Shown: piece after piece, positions 1 to 7,901 of the stretch | How positions within the stretch are numbered: position 1 is the stretch's first letter | Layout: each line of letters begins with the position of its first letter | From: Candidatus Berkelbacteria bacterium CG10_big_fil_rev_8_21_14_0_10_41_12 | GTDB lineage: Bacteria > Patescibacteriota > UBA1384 > 1-14-0-10-41-12 | NCBI GenBank assembly: GCA_002778735.1 | Contig: PEZV01000004.1 | Coordinates: 1 to 33,116 of the forward strand | Direction of reading: 5' to 3' | Length of the DNA stretch: 33,116 nt | The notes under the pieces: model-generated | Told to the model about the DNA's origin: nothing | Seen by the model: only the letters and a program-made list of their open reading frames with translations | Databases searched by the model: none | Made by a program: the position numbers and the translations under genes

Positions 1-221
1 TCCGCCACGCCCGAGCGTTCCGCCGGAGCGAAGCGGAGGCGGTCATTCGGGATTTTGTTCAAAATGAGTTCTGACTTTTTCCAACAAACACCACCACGGC
101 GAACAAATAACAGCTGATCAAAGGGGATTTGAAGGCCGCAGTCCCGCTAAGCGGGACGAGGCGGGGTCGACTGGCTCGTCAGCAGACGAGAACAGGTAAC
201 CAAATCCCCGTCGGTCCACCA
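1..221 (+). ncRNA. GC-rich structured RNA, cut by the left window edge. Candidate 3' portion of tmRNA (ssrA) or another tRNA-like RNA ending in an encoded ...UCGGUCC-A-CCA
   Basis: About 57% G+C by hand count, against AT-rich surroundings. No credible ORF. Helices at 2-6/38-42, 19-23/33-37 and a crossing helix 10-15/46-51. Hairpins at 141-147/151-157 (extended by 136-139/161-164) and 175-180/185-190. Long-range helix 123-130/202-209. GGAC at 154-157, CGGGG-UCGACU at 162-172 and CCCCG at 206-210 lie next to the acceptor-like strand 211-217, followed by A and CCA (219-221). The T-arm is non-canonical, and the 5' strand and tag ORF are not in the window. Confidence 0.3.
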
Positions 222-276
222 TTCGACTCACTTCGCTCACTCATGGTCTTCGACCACTATAAAAAAGCGAGTCGAA
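222..276 (+). other. Stem-loop immediately after the CCA end and upstream of leuS
   Basis: An 8-bp perfect stem, ttcgactc 222-229 with gagtcgaa 269-276, encloses a small hairpin (ggtc 245-248, ttc, gacc 252-255). No U-tract follows it and no T-box motif is present. Confidence 0.3.
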
Positions 277-322
277 GGATAGGGTATAGCGAATAGTAGT
301 TGGAAAAACATAAAACAAAGTC

Positions 323-3073
323 ATGAAAGAATATTTTAAACAATCTGAGAAATATGCGATCGATCTTTGGCAGAAAGAGAAAATTTTCGAAATTTCAGAG
401 ATAAAGCAAGATAAAAAATTATACTGCCTTGATATGTTCCCTTACCCTTCGGGTGAAGGTTTGCATGTCGGTCATGTCAAAGGATATGTAGCAACCGACA
501 TAATGGCTAAATATTACTTGCTGAACGATCGTGATGTTATTCATCCTATGGGGTGGGATGCTTTTGGTCTGCCTGCAGAAAATTATGCAATTAAAAAAGG
601 TGTTAACCCACAAATAGTTACAAAAGAAAACATCTCTAAGTATAAACAGCAATTACAAGGACTTGGATTCGGGTATGATTGGTCGCGCGAAATCAATACT
701 ACTGATCCCGACTACTACAAATGGACACAGTGGATTTTCTTAAAACTTTACGAAAAAGGACTTGCCTACGAGGCCAATGTGCCAATAAACTTTTGCCCTT
801 CATGCAAAACAGGTTTAGCTAATGAAGAGGTTGTTTCCGGTAAGTGTGTAAGATGCGGTACGGCAGTAGAGAGAAGACAAATAAGACAATGGATATTACG
901 TATCACCAAATATGCCGATCGCTTAGAACAGGATCTTAAAGATTTGGACTGGCCTAAATTTATTAAGCAGATGCAGATTAATTGGATAGGTCGATCGGAA
1001 GGTGCAGATATTACATTCAATATCACAAAATCCGAAGAAAAAATTAAAGTTTTTACCACCCGCGCAGATACATTATACGGATGCACATATATTGTTTTGG
1101 CACCCGAACACGAATTAATCTCTAAGTTAAAATCTCAAATCTCAAATCTCGATGAAGTCGAAAAATATATAAAAGAATCAAAAAATAAGTCTGATTTGGA
1201 AAGAACAGACTTGCAAAAGGAAAAAACAGGCGTTGAGATAAAGGGAATAAAAGCCATTAATCCTATTAACAACCATGAAGTTTCTATCTGGGTCGCCGAT
1301 TATATATTATTAGGTTATGGAACTGGCGCAGTAATGGCAGTTCCGGCCCATGACAAGAGAGATTTTGATTTCGCTATTAAATACAACTTGAAAATAAAAT
1401 CCGTTATTAAACCTGAGAATCTAACAAAATCTGTTGTTGTCGGTCCTTCTGTTGAAGACGGCTTTAAATCCGAACTAGAAAGTTATAACATCAAATTTAC
1501 TATCGGTACGAGTTCAAACGGGCGCGAACACATCAGAGTTACATTGCATAATAATCAAATCAATTCCTATAAAAAAATTGTTCAAAGATATTTAAAGGAT
1601 AAATGGTGGGTTGAAACAGTCGGAACAAGTGAATTATTTATTACAAGTAAAGAAATAATTGAAAATTATTTCAATAAAGAAGAAGAGATATTTAAATTAT
1701 GCCAAGAATTCGAACCCTTGATAAGATCGGACAAAAATTTGTGGGAGATGATTGGGACAAACAAATTTTATTCAAATATAGTGTGTTTTGAACAATACGG
1801 AAACTTAGTCAACTCAGCCTTATTTGACGGACTAAATAGTCAAGTAGCAAAAACCAAAATTACCGAAGCATTAAAACAACATCGACACGGAGATTTTGCC
1901 ATTAACTACAAATTAAGAGACTGGATATTTTCTAGACAGAGATACTGGGGCGAACCAATACCAATAATACATTGCAAAAAGTGTGGTATAGTGCCAGTTC
2001 CCGAAAGAGATCTTCCTGTAGAGCTTCCCAATCTTGAGAAATACGAGCCATCGGGAACGGGTGATTCACCGCTCGTGAACGCCGGAGAGTGGTTAAATGT
2101 TAAATGCCCTGAATGTGACGGACCAGCAAAGCGTGAAACAAACACCATGCCGCAATGGGCAGGAAGCTGTTGGTATTATTTGAGATACCTGTCCCCGAAA
2201 TATTCAGAGAGTATAGTTGATCCAAATATTGAAAAAAAAGCAATGCCAGTTGATATCTATGTGGGAGGCGCCGAGCACGCCGTTTTACATTTGCTTTACG
2301 CAAGATTTTGGCACAAATTTCTCTATGACATCCAGGCAGCTTCCACAAACGAACCATTTGCCCAGTTGAGGAATGTGGGGTTAATTCTTGGACCAGACGG
2401 TCAAAAAATGTCTAAATCAAGAGGTAATACTGTTGATCCAATTAAGATTTCCGAAAAGTTCGGCAATGACACTTTACGAATGTATATTATGTTTATGGGT
2501 CCTTTTAATCAACCTTCATCGTGGAACACCGATGGCATCAAGGGCGTAAAGAAATTTTTAGATAAAGTCTTCGAAGATGTCGCGCCAGATATTAATAACA
2601 AAGGCAAGCTTTACAATAAGGCTTCCTGTAATGATATTACCAGCTTAATTCAAAACACTTCTAAAAAGATTGTAAAAATGCAATTTAATACATTAGTCTC
2701 GGATTTTATGATTTTTACTAACAAAAATAACCTAAAAAATTTAAATGAAAAAGACTTAAGGGATTTCCTAATTTGCTTATCCCCACTCGCGCCACACTTA
2801 AGTGAATTCCTTTGGAACAAGATAGGGTATCAAACATCAATATTTCAAGAACACTGGCCGCAAGTATCCCAATCAATCACCCAAAATAAAAAGTTAATTA
2901 TAATACAAGTAAATGGCAAAAAACGCTCCGAATTAGTTACTAGTGGATTGGAGAACGATCAAATTAAGACAAAAGCTCTGTCGCTTGTGGATAATTATTT
3001 GAGATTAAAAAAATTGAAGTTCGTAAAGTTAATTTATATAAAAGACAAAATTATTAATATCGTTGCTAAATAA
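323..3073 (+). CDS. leuS: Leucyl-tRNA synthetase (class Ia, bacterial type) with a lineage-specific insertion
   Basis: HIGH-type motif (PYPSGEGLHVGH) and KMSKS are present. CP1 editing-domain motifs are present (TTRADTLYG, GTGAVMAVPAHD). Also has RDWIFSRQRYWGEPIP, RETNTMPQWAGSCWYYLRY and two CxxC...CxxC zinc motifs. Confidence 0.97.
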   Translation: MKEYFKQSEKYAIDLWQKEKIFEISEIKQDKKLYCLDMFPYPSGEGLHVGHVKGYVATDIMAKYYLLNDRDVIHPMGWDAFGLPAENYAIKKGVNPQIVTKENISKYKQQLQGLGFGYDWSREINTTDPDYYKWTQWIFLKLYEKGLAYEANVPINFCPSCKTGLANEEVVSGKCVRCGTAVERRQIRQWILRITKYADRLEQDLKDLDWPKFIKQMQINWIGRSEGADITFNITKSEEKIKVFTTRADTLYGCTYIVLAPEHELISKLKSQISNLDEVEKYIKESKNKSDLERTDLQKEKTGVEIKGIKAINPINNHEVSIWVADYILLGYGTGAVMAVPAHDKRDFDFAIKYNLKIKSVIKPENLTKSVVVGPSVEDGFKSELESYNIKFTIGTSSNGREHIRVTLHNNQINSYKKIVQRYLKDKWWVETVGTSELFITSKEIIENYFNKEEEIFKLCQEFEPLIRSDKNLWEMIGTNKFYSNIVCFEQYGNLVNSALFDGLNSQVAKTKITEALKQHRHGDFAINYKLRDWIFSRQRYWGEPIPIIHCKKCGIVPVPERDLPVELPNLEKYEPSGTGDSPLVNAGEWLNVKCPECDGPAKRETNTMPQWAGSCWYYLRYLSPKYSESIVDPNIEKKAMPVDIYVGGAEHAVLHLLYARFWHKFLYDIQAASTNEPFAQLRNVGLILGPDGQKMSKSRGNTVDPIKISEKFGNDTLRMYIMFMGPFNQPSSWNTDGIKGVKKFLDKVFEDVAPDINNKGKLYNKASCNDITSLIQNTSKKIVKMQFNTLVSDFMIFTNKNNLKNLNEKDLRDFLICLSPLAPHLSEFLWNKIGYQTSIFQEHWPQVSQSITQNKKLIIIQVNGKKRSELVTSGLENDQIKTKALSLVDNYLRLKKLKFVKLIYIKDKIINIVAK

Positions 3074-3122
3074 GAGACAATTTAATATAATCTAAACACG
3101 CATAGGTTAAAGAAAGGGAAAT

Positions 3123-3344
3123 ATGGCAGAACCAAAAAAGAAATTATCTCGTACGCGCTCGCGCCAAAGAAGAAGCCACGACAAAATTATAAGAATAAAT
3201 CTAGTCGAGTGCAAAAAATGCAAAAGTATGATTCGTCCTCACATAGTCTGTAAAGTTTGTGGATATTATAAAGGTGAGAAAATCCTGGATCTAAAAGAAA
3301 AAACTACCAAAAAAACTGATGAAGAAAATCTAAAAGATGAATAG
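3123..3344 (+). CDS. rpmF: 50S ribosomal protein L32 (zinc-ribbon form) with a K/E-rich C-terminal tail
   Basis: N-terminal [15 protein letters not shown] followed by CKKC...CKVCGYYKG. An aaagggaaat purine-rich stretch precedes the ATG. Confidence 0.9.
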   Translation: MAEPKKKLSRTRSRQRRSHDKIIRINLVECKKCKSMIRPHIVCKVCGYYKGEKILDLKEKTTKKTDEENLKDE

Positions 3345-3777
3345 GCATTATCTCAGAACAATAGCCTTCCAGTCAATATACGAGTGGGATTTTAGAGACG
3401 ATGAAAAATCTGATGATGTAATGGCAAGGCAGGTTGAGCATATTAAATCTCAAGATAGAAAGTTAGAAAATGGTGATTACGAATTTATTAGTTCCTTATT
3501 TAATGGAGTTATAAAGAACAAAAAACAGATCGATTCATATTTGGAAGAGGCAGCTCCTGAATGGCCCTTGCCCCAGATCGCTTCAGTTGACCGAAATATA
3601 CTCCGTCTTGCAATCTTTGAACTATACAACATGGATACCCCTCCCAAAGTTGTGATAAATGAAGCCATCGAGTTAGCAAAAACATTCGGGTCAGAAACGT
3701 CGGCAAAATTCGTCAATGGAGTACTTGGGACAATTTATAAAAACTCCCCAAGACATGAGGAGGAAGATGAATCTTGA
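3337..3777 (+). CDS. nusB: Transcription antitermination factor NusB
   Basis: NusB-like pattern ([13 protein letters not shown] ... [13 protein letters not shown] ... [12 protein letters not shown] ... KFVNGVLG). The start overlaps the rpmF stop by 8 nt. Confidence 0.85.
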   Translation: MNRHYLRTIAFQSIYEWDFRDDEKSDDVMARQVEHIKSQDRKLENGDYEFISSLFNGVIKNKKQIDSYLEEAAPEWPLPQIASVDRNILRLAIFELYNMDTPPKVVINEAIELAKTFGSETSAKFVNGVLGTIYKNSPRHEEEDES

Positions 3778-4453
3778 AGTTACCGGGAAACATTTCGGGT
3801 ATAAATTCAAAAAAATTTCGCTTTTACAAGAAGCATTAACGCATCGGTCATATCTGAACGAAGCTAAAAGTGTTCAGTCTCACAACGAAAGATTAGAATT
3901 TTTAGGTGACGCAGTACTGGAATTGGTAGTTACCGAATACTTATATTCAAATTTTGATGAACCCGAAGGTATTCTAACAAACTGGAGAAGCGCCCTGGTA
4001 AAAGGAAAATCATTATCTGAAATAGCTAATAAATTAGATATGGATAAATTTATACTAAAAAGTCGGGGGGAAAGTAAATCATCAGGTAAAGCAAAAGAGC
4101 AAATCTCCGCTAATGCCCTCGAAGCATTAATCGGCGCAATATACATTGACGGCGGGTACGACAAAGCAAAAGCCTTTATCCACAAAAACGTGATTATCAA
4201 CCTTGATAAAATAATAAAAAATAAACTCTACATAGACAGCAAGAGCTATTTCCAGGAAATGATGCAAGAGCAGTCTAAATCTACGCCGGAATACCGCGTT
4301 ATTTCCGAGAGTGGCCCGGATCACAATAAGTTATTCGAATGTGCTGTTTTTGTTAACAACCAAAAATATGGGAGAGGAACTGGACCGTCAAAGTCTATTG
4401 CTGAACAATATGCTGCTCAAAATGCTCTCGAAAAATTACCCAACAACAGCTGA
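3767..4453 (+). CDS. rnc: Ribonuclease III
   Basis: RNase III signature ALTHRSY...[16 protein letters not shown] plus a C-terminal dsRBD ([14 protein letters not shown]...[13 protein letters not shown]). I chose the ATG at 3767 because GAGGAGG lies directly upstream and the N-terminal length is then typical. The ORF is open from 3716. Confidence 0.9.
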   Translation: MNLEVTGKHFGYKFKKISLLQEALTHRSYLNEAKSVQSHNERLEFLGDAVLELVVTEYLYSNFDEPEGILTNWRSALVKGKSLSEIANKLDMDKFILKSRGESKSSGKAKEQISANALEALIGAIYIDGGYDKAKAFIHKNVIINLDKIIKNKLYIDSKSYFQEMMQEQSKSTPEYRVISESGPDHNKLFECAVFVNNQKYGRGTGPSKSIAEQYAAQNALEKLPNNS

Positions 4454-5137
4454 TCTTAGCCTCTTATACATTTGTTTTGCGCGGTAAAACGGCCAATCTC
4501 TTGGTAAAAATTCTATTGGTAAATTTGGATCCTCTTGAACAATCGTTGCAAATTCAAAAATATGCAGTTTTAATAAATATTTGTCAGACCTTTCCGGTGA
4601 TTTTAATATTTCATTCGATTTTTCAATAAAATTTAAATATTTTTCTCTTATCGGATTAAGATCCCAAGCGCTTCTTAAGTTTTCCGTATTGCTAAAAGTT
4701 CCGTTCTGAGTTACTTCAAAGGTAACCACATTTTTCTCCAAGAAATTAGCTTTGACATATTTGGCTATTTTACTTTTAATATCTAACGGTGATACCCACA
4801 AACTGTTAAAAAATGCTCTCATCCCCAGCGTTTCTATAAATCGCCTAAATTTATCCCGTTTCGGTCTGTCTTTCTCCGGTATTGAAAATGATACTATTCT
4901 CCACATACCATCCCAGTGTGGAGTACCCACATGCAGATTTTCCAAAGTGTTATTTATATACTCGTATCCATTTTTTGAGAGTCTAAATTCATCATCTTTT
5001 CTCTTTACCAGACTCATCGCCTCCATCTTTCCAATAATACCCCTCGACTCATTTTTTCCCCATTTTAACATCTCGGATCTACTAATAGATTCGTTATGCT
5101 CCATATAAATTAAGAGTGAATTTAACGGTGTTACCAT
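4436..5137 (-). CDS. PaaX-family transcriptional regulator-like protein (wHTH, central WDGxW/Cas2-like fold, PaaX_C-like helical C-terminus)
   Basis: Contains HWDGMWRIVSFSIPEKDRPKRDKFRRFIETLGMRAFFNSLWVSP and a C-terminal ...EFLPRDWPFYRAKQMYKRL. The 3' end overlaps the rnc 3' end by 18 nt in convergent orientation. Confidence 0.6.
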   Translation of the reverse strand: MVTPLNSLLIYMEHNESISRSEMLKWGKNESRGIIGKMEAMSLVKRKDDEFRLSKNGYEYINNTLENLHVGTPHWDGMWRIVSFSIPEKDRPKRDKFRRFIETLGMRAFFNSLWVSPLDIKSKIAKYVKANFLEKNVVTFEVTQNGTFSNTENLRSAWDLNPIREKYLNFIEKSNEILKSPERSDKYLLKLHIFEFATIVQEDPNLPIEFLPRDWPFYRAKQMYKRLRSAVVG

Positions 5138-5144
5138 CGATGAA

Positions 5145-5173
5145 AATATATCATGTCAATTCACGTTCGTCAA
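5145..5173 (-). promoter_or_regulatory. Candidate sigma70-type promoter for the PaaX-like gene, possibly giving a leaderless mRNA
   Basis: On the - strand: TTGACG (5173-5168), 17-nt spacer, TATATT (5150-5145). The -10 element ends 7 nt before the ATG at 5137. Chance matches are common in AT-rich DNA. Confidence 0.25.
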
Positions 5174-5187
5174 ATTGTAGTGTGAGG

Positions 5188-6138
5188 TTATTGCCCGAAA
5201 ATAAACGAATTCTTGCACCAATCATAAAGTTTTTTCGATTCCACTGCGGAGGCAGATTTAGAAATATCTATCGTATTTATTACAACAGCAACAATGGTCC
5301 TTCCGTCAATATTCGCAGCCGATACCAATGAATGTCCTGCGTCAGGAGTAAAGCCAGTTTTTCCACCAATTATACCATCGTACTTCATCTCATCTGTTAC
5401 CAATCTATTACTATTTTTAAGTTCGTGAGTATTGCTCCCATCAACTGAAGATATGGTCTCTTCTGACGTAGAAACGACCTTTACGACTTCGGGTTTTTTC
5501 AAGGCTTCCCCGAACAATATTGCAATATCATAGGCAGTGGATTTACCATCGTCATTTAACCCCGCTGGATCCATAAATTTTGTTTGACTCATACCAATAT
5601 CTTTTGCTTTTCGATTCATCAGCTCAACAAATTTACTACTTTCTTGTTTATAGCTCGACAGTGCTATCGCCGCATCATTACCCGAACTAATTAGCAATCC
5701 ATTTAAAAGTTTTTCAACGGTAATTTTTTCACCTTCTTTTAACCCGATCTTAGATCCTATCACTGTCACGGCATCCTGTTTGACTTCTATTACATCACTT
5801 AATTTGTAATGATCCAAAACTACTAATGCTGTCATTAATTTAGTCATACTCGCAATAGAAACCTCTTGTCTCTCGTTCTTTTCATACAATGGATACATTG
5901 ACATAACATCGAGGAGTACTACGTTGTTTGCGTAAATAACCGGATCTTTAATTCCACCTTTACGATTTGGAGCTTTAATCAGGTTCACTGGTTTTAGATA
6001 TTTCTTATCAAACCAGGGTTGACTAACCTCATTATTATTCCTCGAGCGAATATTATATACGAAAACAGCAGTAAAACATACGATGATAATAGTCGCAATA
6101 ATAACAGGAGTTTTGATATTTCTTTTAACTTCAAACAT
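5188..6138 (-). CDS. D-alanyl-D-alanine carboxypeptidase (serine peptidase S11, PBP5/6-like) with an N-terminal membrane anchor
   Basis: SxxK (SMTK), SxN (SGND) and KTG (KTGFT) motifs occur in the correct order. There is a hydrophobic N-terminal segment. Confidence 0.85.
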   Translation of the reverse strand: MFEVKRNIKTPVIIATIIIVCFTAVFVYNIRSRNNNEVSQPWFDKKYLKPVNLIKAPNRKGGIKDPVIYANNVVLLDVMSMYPLYEKNERQEVSIASMTKLMTALVVLDHYKLSDVIEVKQDAVTVIGSKIGLKEGEKITVEKLLNGLLISSGNDAAIALSSYKQESSKFVELMNRKAKDIGMSQTKFMDPAGLNDDGKSTAYDIAILFGEALKKPEVVKVVSTSEETISSVDGSNTHELKNSNRLVTDEMKYDGIIGGKTGFTPDAGHSLVSAANIDGRTIVAVVINTIDISKSASAVESKKLYDWCKNSFIFGQ

Positions 6139-6141
6139 ATT

Positions 6142-6483
6142 CTACGTGACTTTTTTGTACGAAAAAAATAGTTCTATAAGTGTTAATGCTACTAAAAATG
6201 TCAACGCTGAAAGTAAATTAAAAACTCCTATTGATAGAAAGAATAATATTCCAACAATAGCCATCGAGCAAATAGCCGAACGCCTAAGAGCCACTATCCA
6301 TTCGGTTTTTAACGCCGCAAGCAATGAAAGTAGAACATAGAATAAAACATACCAAATACTGATAAACAATACCGACTTCACAAAAAAACTTGTTTCCCCG
6401 GGGTTCACATTAAATAATATTATAACTATCAGACCTACGGAAATAAGAACCAATGATGCTAATGCAAATTTTTTAGTTCCCAT
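6142..6483 (-). CDS. Small integral membrane protein of unknown function, with about 4 predicted TM helices
   Basis: The ORF is hydrophobic throughout. The ATG at 6483 is preferred over the TTG at 6489. It overlaps the rbfA 3' end and stops 3 nt before the carboxypeptidase start. Confidence 0.5.
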   Translation of the reverse strand: MGTKKFALASLVLISVGLIVIILFNVNPGETSFFVKSVLFISIWYVLFYVLLSLLAALKTEWIVALRRSAICSMAIVGILFFLSIGVFNLLSALTFLVALTLIELFFSYKKVT

Positions 6484-6793
6484 TCTCAATCCTTTTTATA
6501 ATACTTTCAGCGTTTTCCATTATTTCCTCGTCAAAGACCATTTTAACTGATGGCACATATCTAAGTTTAGCAGTTTCTTTTATTATCTGTCCAATCTCTT
6601 TTCTTAACTTATTTTTAATATTCTCTGCTTTTCCTTCATTCTGGACAGATACAAACGCTATTGAGCTTTTAAGATCATTTGAGATAGAACACTTTATGCA
6701 AGTTGCAAGTCCAAGCTCGTCGAAGTTCTCAGATAGTGCCCGGTTGACACTGTCCTTCAATATCTCACTAATCTTTTCTAACTTATGACTCAT
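6473..6793 (-). CDS. rbfA: Ribosome-binding factor A-like protein
   Basis: Size and pattern match RbfA (...ISNDLKSSIAFVSV ... LRKEIGQIIKETAKLRYVPSVKMVFDE...). It begins 11 nt after the rpsI stop. Confidence 0.6.
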   Translation of the reverse strand: MSHKLEKISEILKDSVNRALSENFDELGLATCIKCSISNDLKSSIAFVSVQNEGKAENIKNKLRKEIGQIIKETAKLRYVPSVKMVFDEEIMENAESIIKRIENGN

Positions 6794-6804
6794 AAGTCAT
6801 AAGT

Positions 6805-7182
6805 TTATCTCTTGGCCCATTGCGGAGCTCTTCTCGCCCTTTTGAGGCCGGGCTTTTTTCTCTCTTTTTCGCGCGGGTCCCTTGTTAACAATTTATCTTT
6901 CTTTAGCTGAGTTTCGTAGTCACTATTTTCCTTTGCTAAAGCTCTTGCTATCCCTAATCTAATGGCCTCGGATTGACTTGATTTACCACCGCCTTTTACA
7001 ATAACACTAATATTATATTTTAGCTCAAGATTCAATAATTTTAACGGGTAAAGAGAATCTTGATAATTTTCTTTGTTTGTTTTTTTACCATTTATAACTA
7101 ATTCACCGTCACCTTGAGTTATTCTCACCTGAGCTATAGATGTCTTTCTTCTCCCGGTACCAAAATTATATTTATTTGTCAT
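6805..7182 (-). CDS. rpsI: 30S ribosomal protein S9
   Basis: Contains GTGRRKTSIAQVR ... GGGKSSQSEAIRLGIARAL ... TRDPREKERKKPGLKRARRAPQWAKR. The ATG at 7182 is preferred; the longest ORF starts at a TTG at 7197. Confidence 0.93.
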   Translation of the reverse strand: MTNKYNFGTGRRKTSIAQVRITQGDGELVINGKKTNKENYQDSLYPLKLLNLELKYNISVIVKGGGKSSQSEAIRLGIARALAKENSDYETQLKKDKLLTRDPREKERKKPGLKRARRAPQWAKR

Positions 7183-7534
7183 TCTCACTTCCCACAAAAA
7201 TAATTAAATTTTTAATTCTTATATTTCTCAACTTATTTACAGGCAACATACCTTTTACCATATCTTCCAAAGTTTTCTTGGGATTTTTCTTAAATTTTTC
7301 CCCCAGTGTAATACTTTTCATACTGCCAATATAGCTTGAATGCGAAAAATATTTCTTGCCCTGTAACTTACTTCCTGTAATGCGGACTTCGCCCAAGTTT
7401 TCAACGATGACTTTTCTTTTCACAACAGCGTTGGGCGTGAAATTAACCTGATCTTTTCCAATCAGAAAACTAGCTGCTACCGAAGCAACTCTCCCTATAC
7501 TCAAATTTTTGGCGTTAATTTTTGTTTTTTCCAT
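7172..7534 (-). CDS. rplM: 50S ribosomal protein L13 (short form)
   Basis: Contains LSIGRVASVAASFLIGK ... ITGSKLQGKKYFSHSSYIGS ... MVKGMLP. The ATG at 7534 is preferred over the TTG at 7558. Confidence 0.9.
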   Translation of the reverse strand: MEKTKINAKNLSIGRVASVAASFLIGKDQVNFTPNAVVKRKVIVENLGEVRITGSKLQGKKYFSHSSYIGSMKSITLGEKFKKNPKKTLEDMVKGMLPVNKLRNIRIKNLIIFVGSENDK

Positions 7535-7892
7535 CGCCCCTTTTTTCTTTCTCCTCAATAACGTCGGACTTTATTTCGATTGATATTTGGACTATAGGAG
7601 CATCATCCCCACCCCTGTTTCCAAGCTTTAATATTCTCAATTTTGGAAATGACTTTCCAGAAACTGAGAACAATTTCATCGCCGCGTCCTTGTCACCTAT
7701 TTCTCTTATCAACCTTCTGATATTATCAATATTCTTGACTTTTGCATATCTCTCCATCCTCTCATAGGCCGACTTCACCAGCTTGGACTTGGCTTGTGTT
7801 GTCTTAATTTTCTCATAGAGAATTAACGAGGCCAACAAGTTCTGAATTAACCTATTCCTTACGCTTGATTTTCTTGATAATTTCTTTAACAT
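7515..7892 (-). CDS. rplQ: 50S ribosomal protein L17
   Basis: Contains KLSRKSSVRNRLIQNLLASLILYEKIKTTQAKSK. The ATG at 7892 is preferred over the TTG at 7898. Confidence 0.9.
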   Translation of the reverse strand: MLKKLSRKSSVRNRLIQNLLASLILYEKIKTTQAKSKLVKSAYERMERYAKVKNIDNIRRLIREIGDKDAAMKLFSVSGKSFPKLRILKLGNRGGDDAPIVQISIEIKSDVIEEKEKRGDGKNKN

Positions 7893-7901
7893 AGTCAATA
7901 T

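Noticed and set aside
1-117. A + strand reading frame open from the window edge to the TGA at 115-117 (SATPERSAGAKRRRSFGILFKMSSDFFQQTPPRRTNNS)
   Set aside because: All three frames are open for the first 60-plus nt simply because the segment is GC-rich. The region is better explained by RNA secondary structure, and the peptide has no recognisable features. I cannot fully exclude the 3' end of an upstream gene.
1-322. Alternative identities for the left-edge RNA: T-box leader of leuS, RNase P RNA, SRP RNA, group II intron domain V/VI, or a two-piece (permuted) tmRNA
   Set aside because: There is no T-box consensus or specifier-loop architecture on the + strand. There is no GGAAAGUCC or ACAGAA..GGCUUA P4 pair, and the minus-strand ggaaaaagtcagaactc is only a weak resemblance. 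There is no SRP GGAA/AGCA symmetric-loop motif. The 136-164 hairpin has the wrong helix lengths and loop for domain V. No GGGCCGA 5' acceptor strand follows the CCA, as a permuted gene would require. None of this was tested with covariance models.
3074-3122. Possible regulatory element or terminator between leuS and rpmF
   Set aside because: It is a 49-nt AT-rich gap with only a purine-rich ribosome-binding stretch. There is no convincing hairpin or U-tract.
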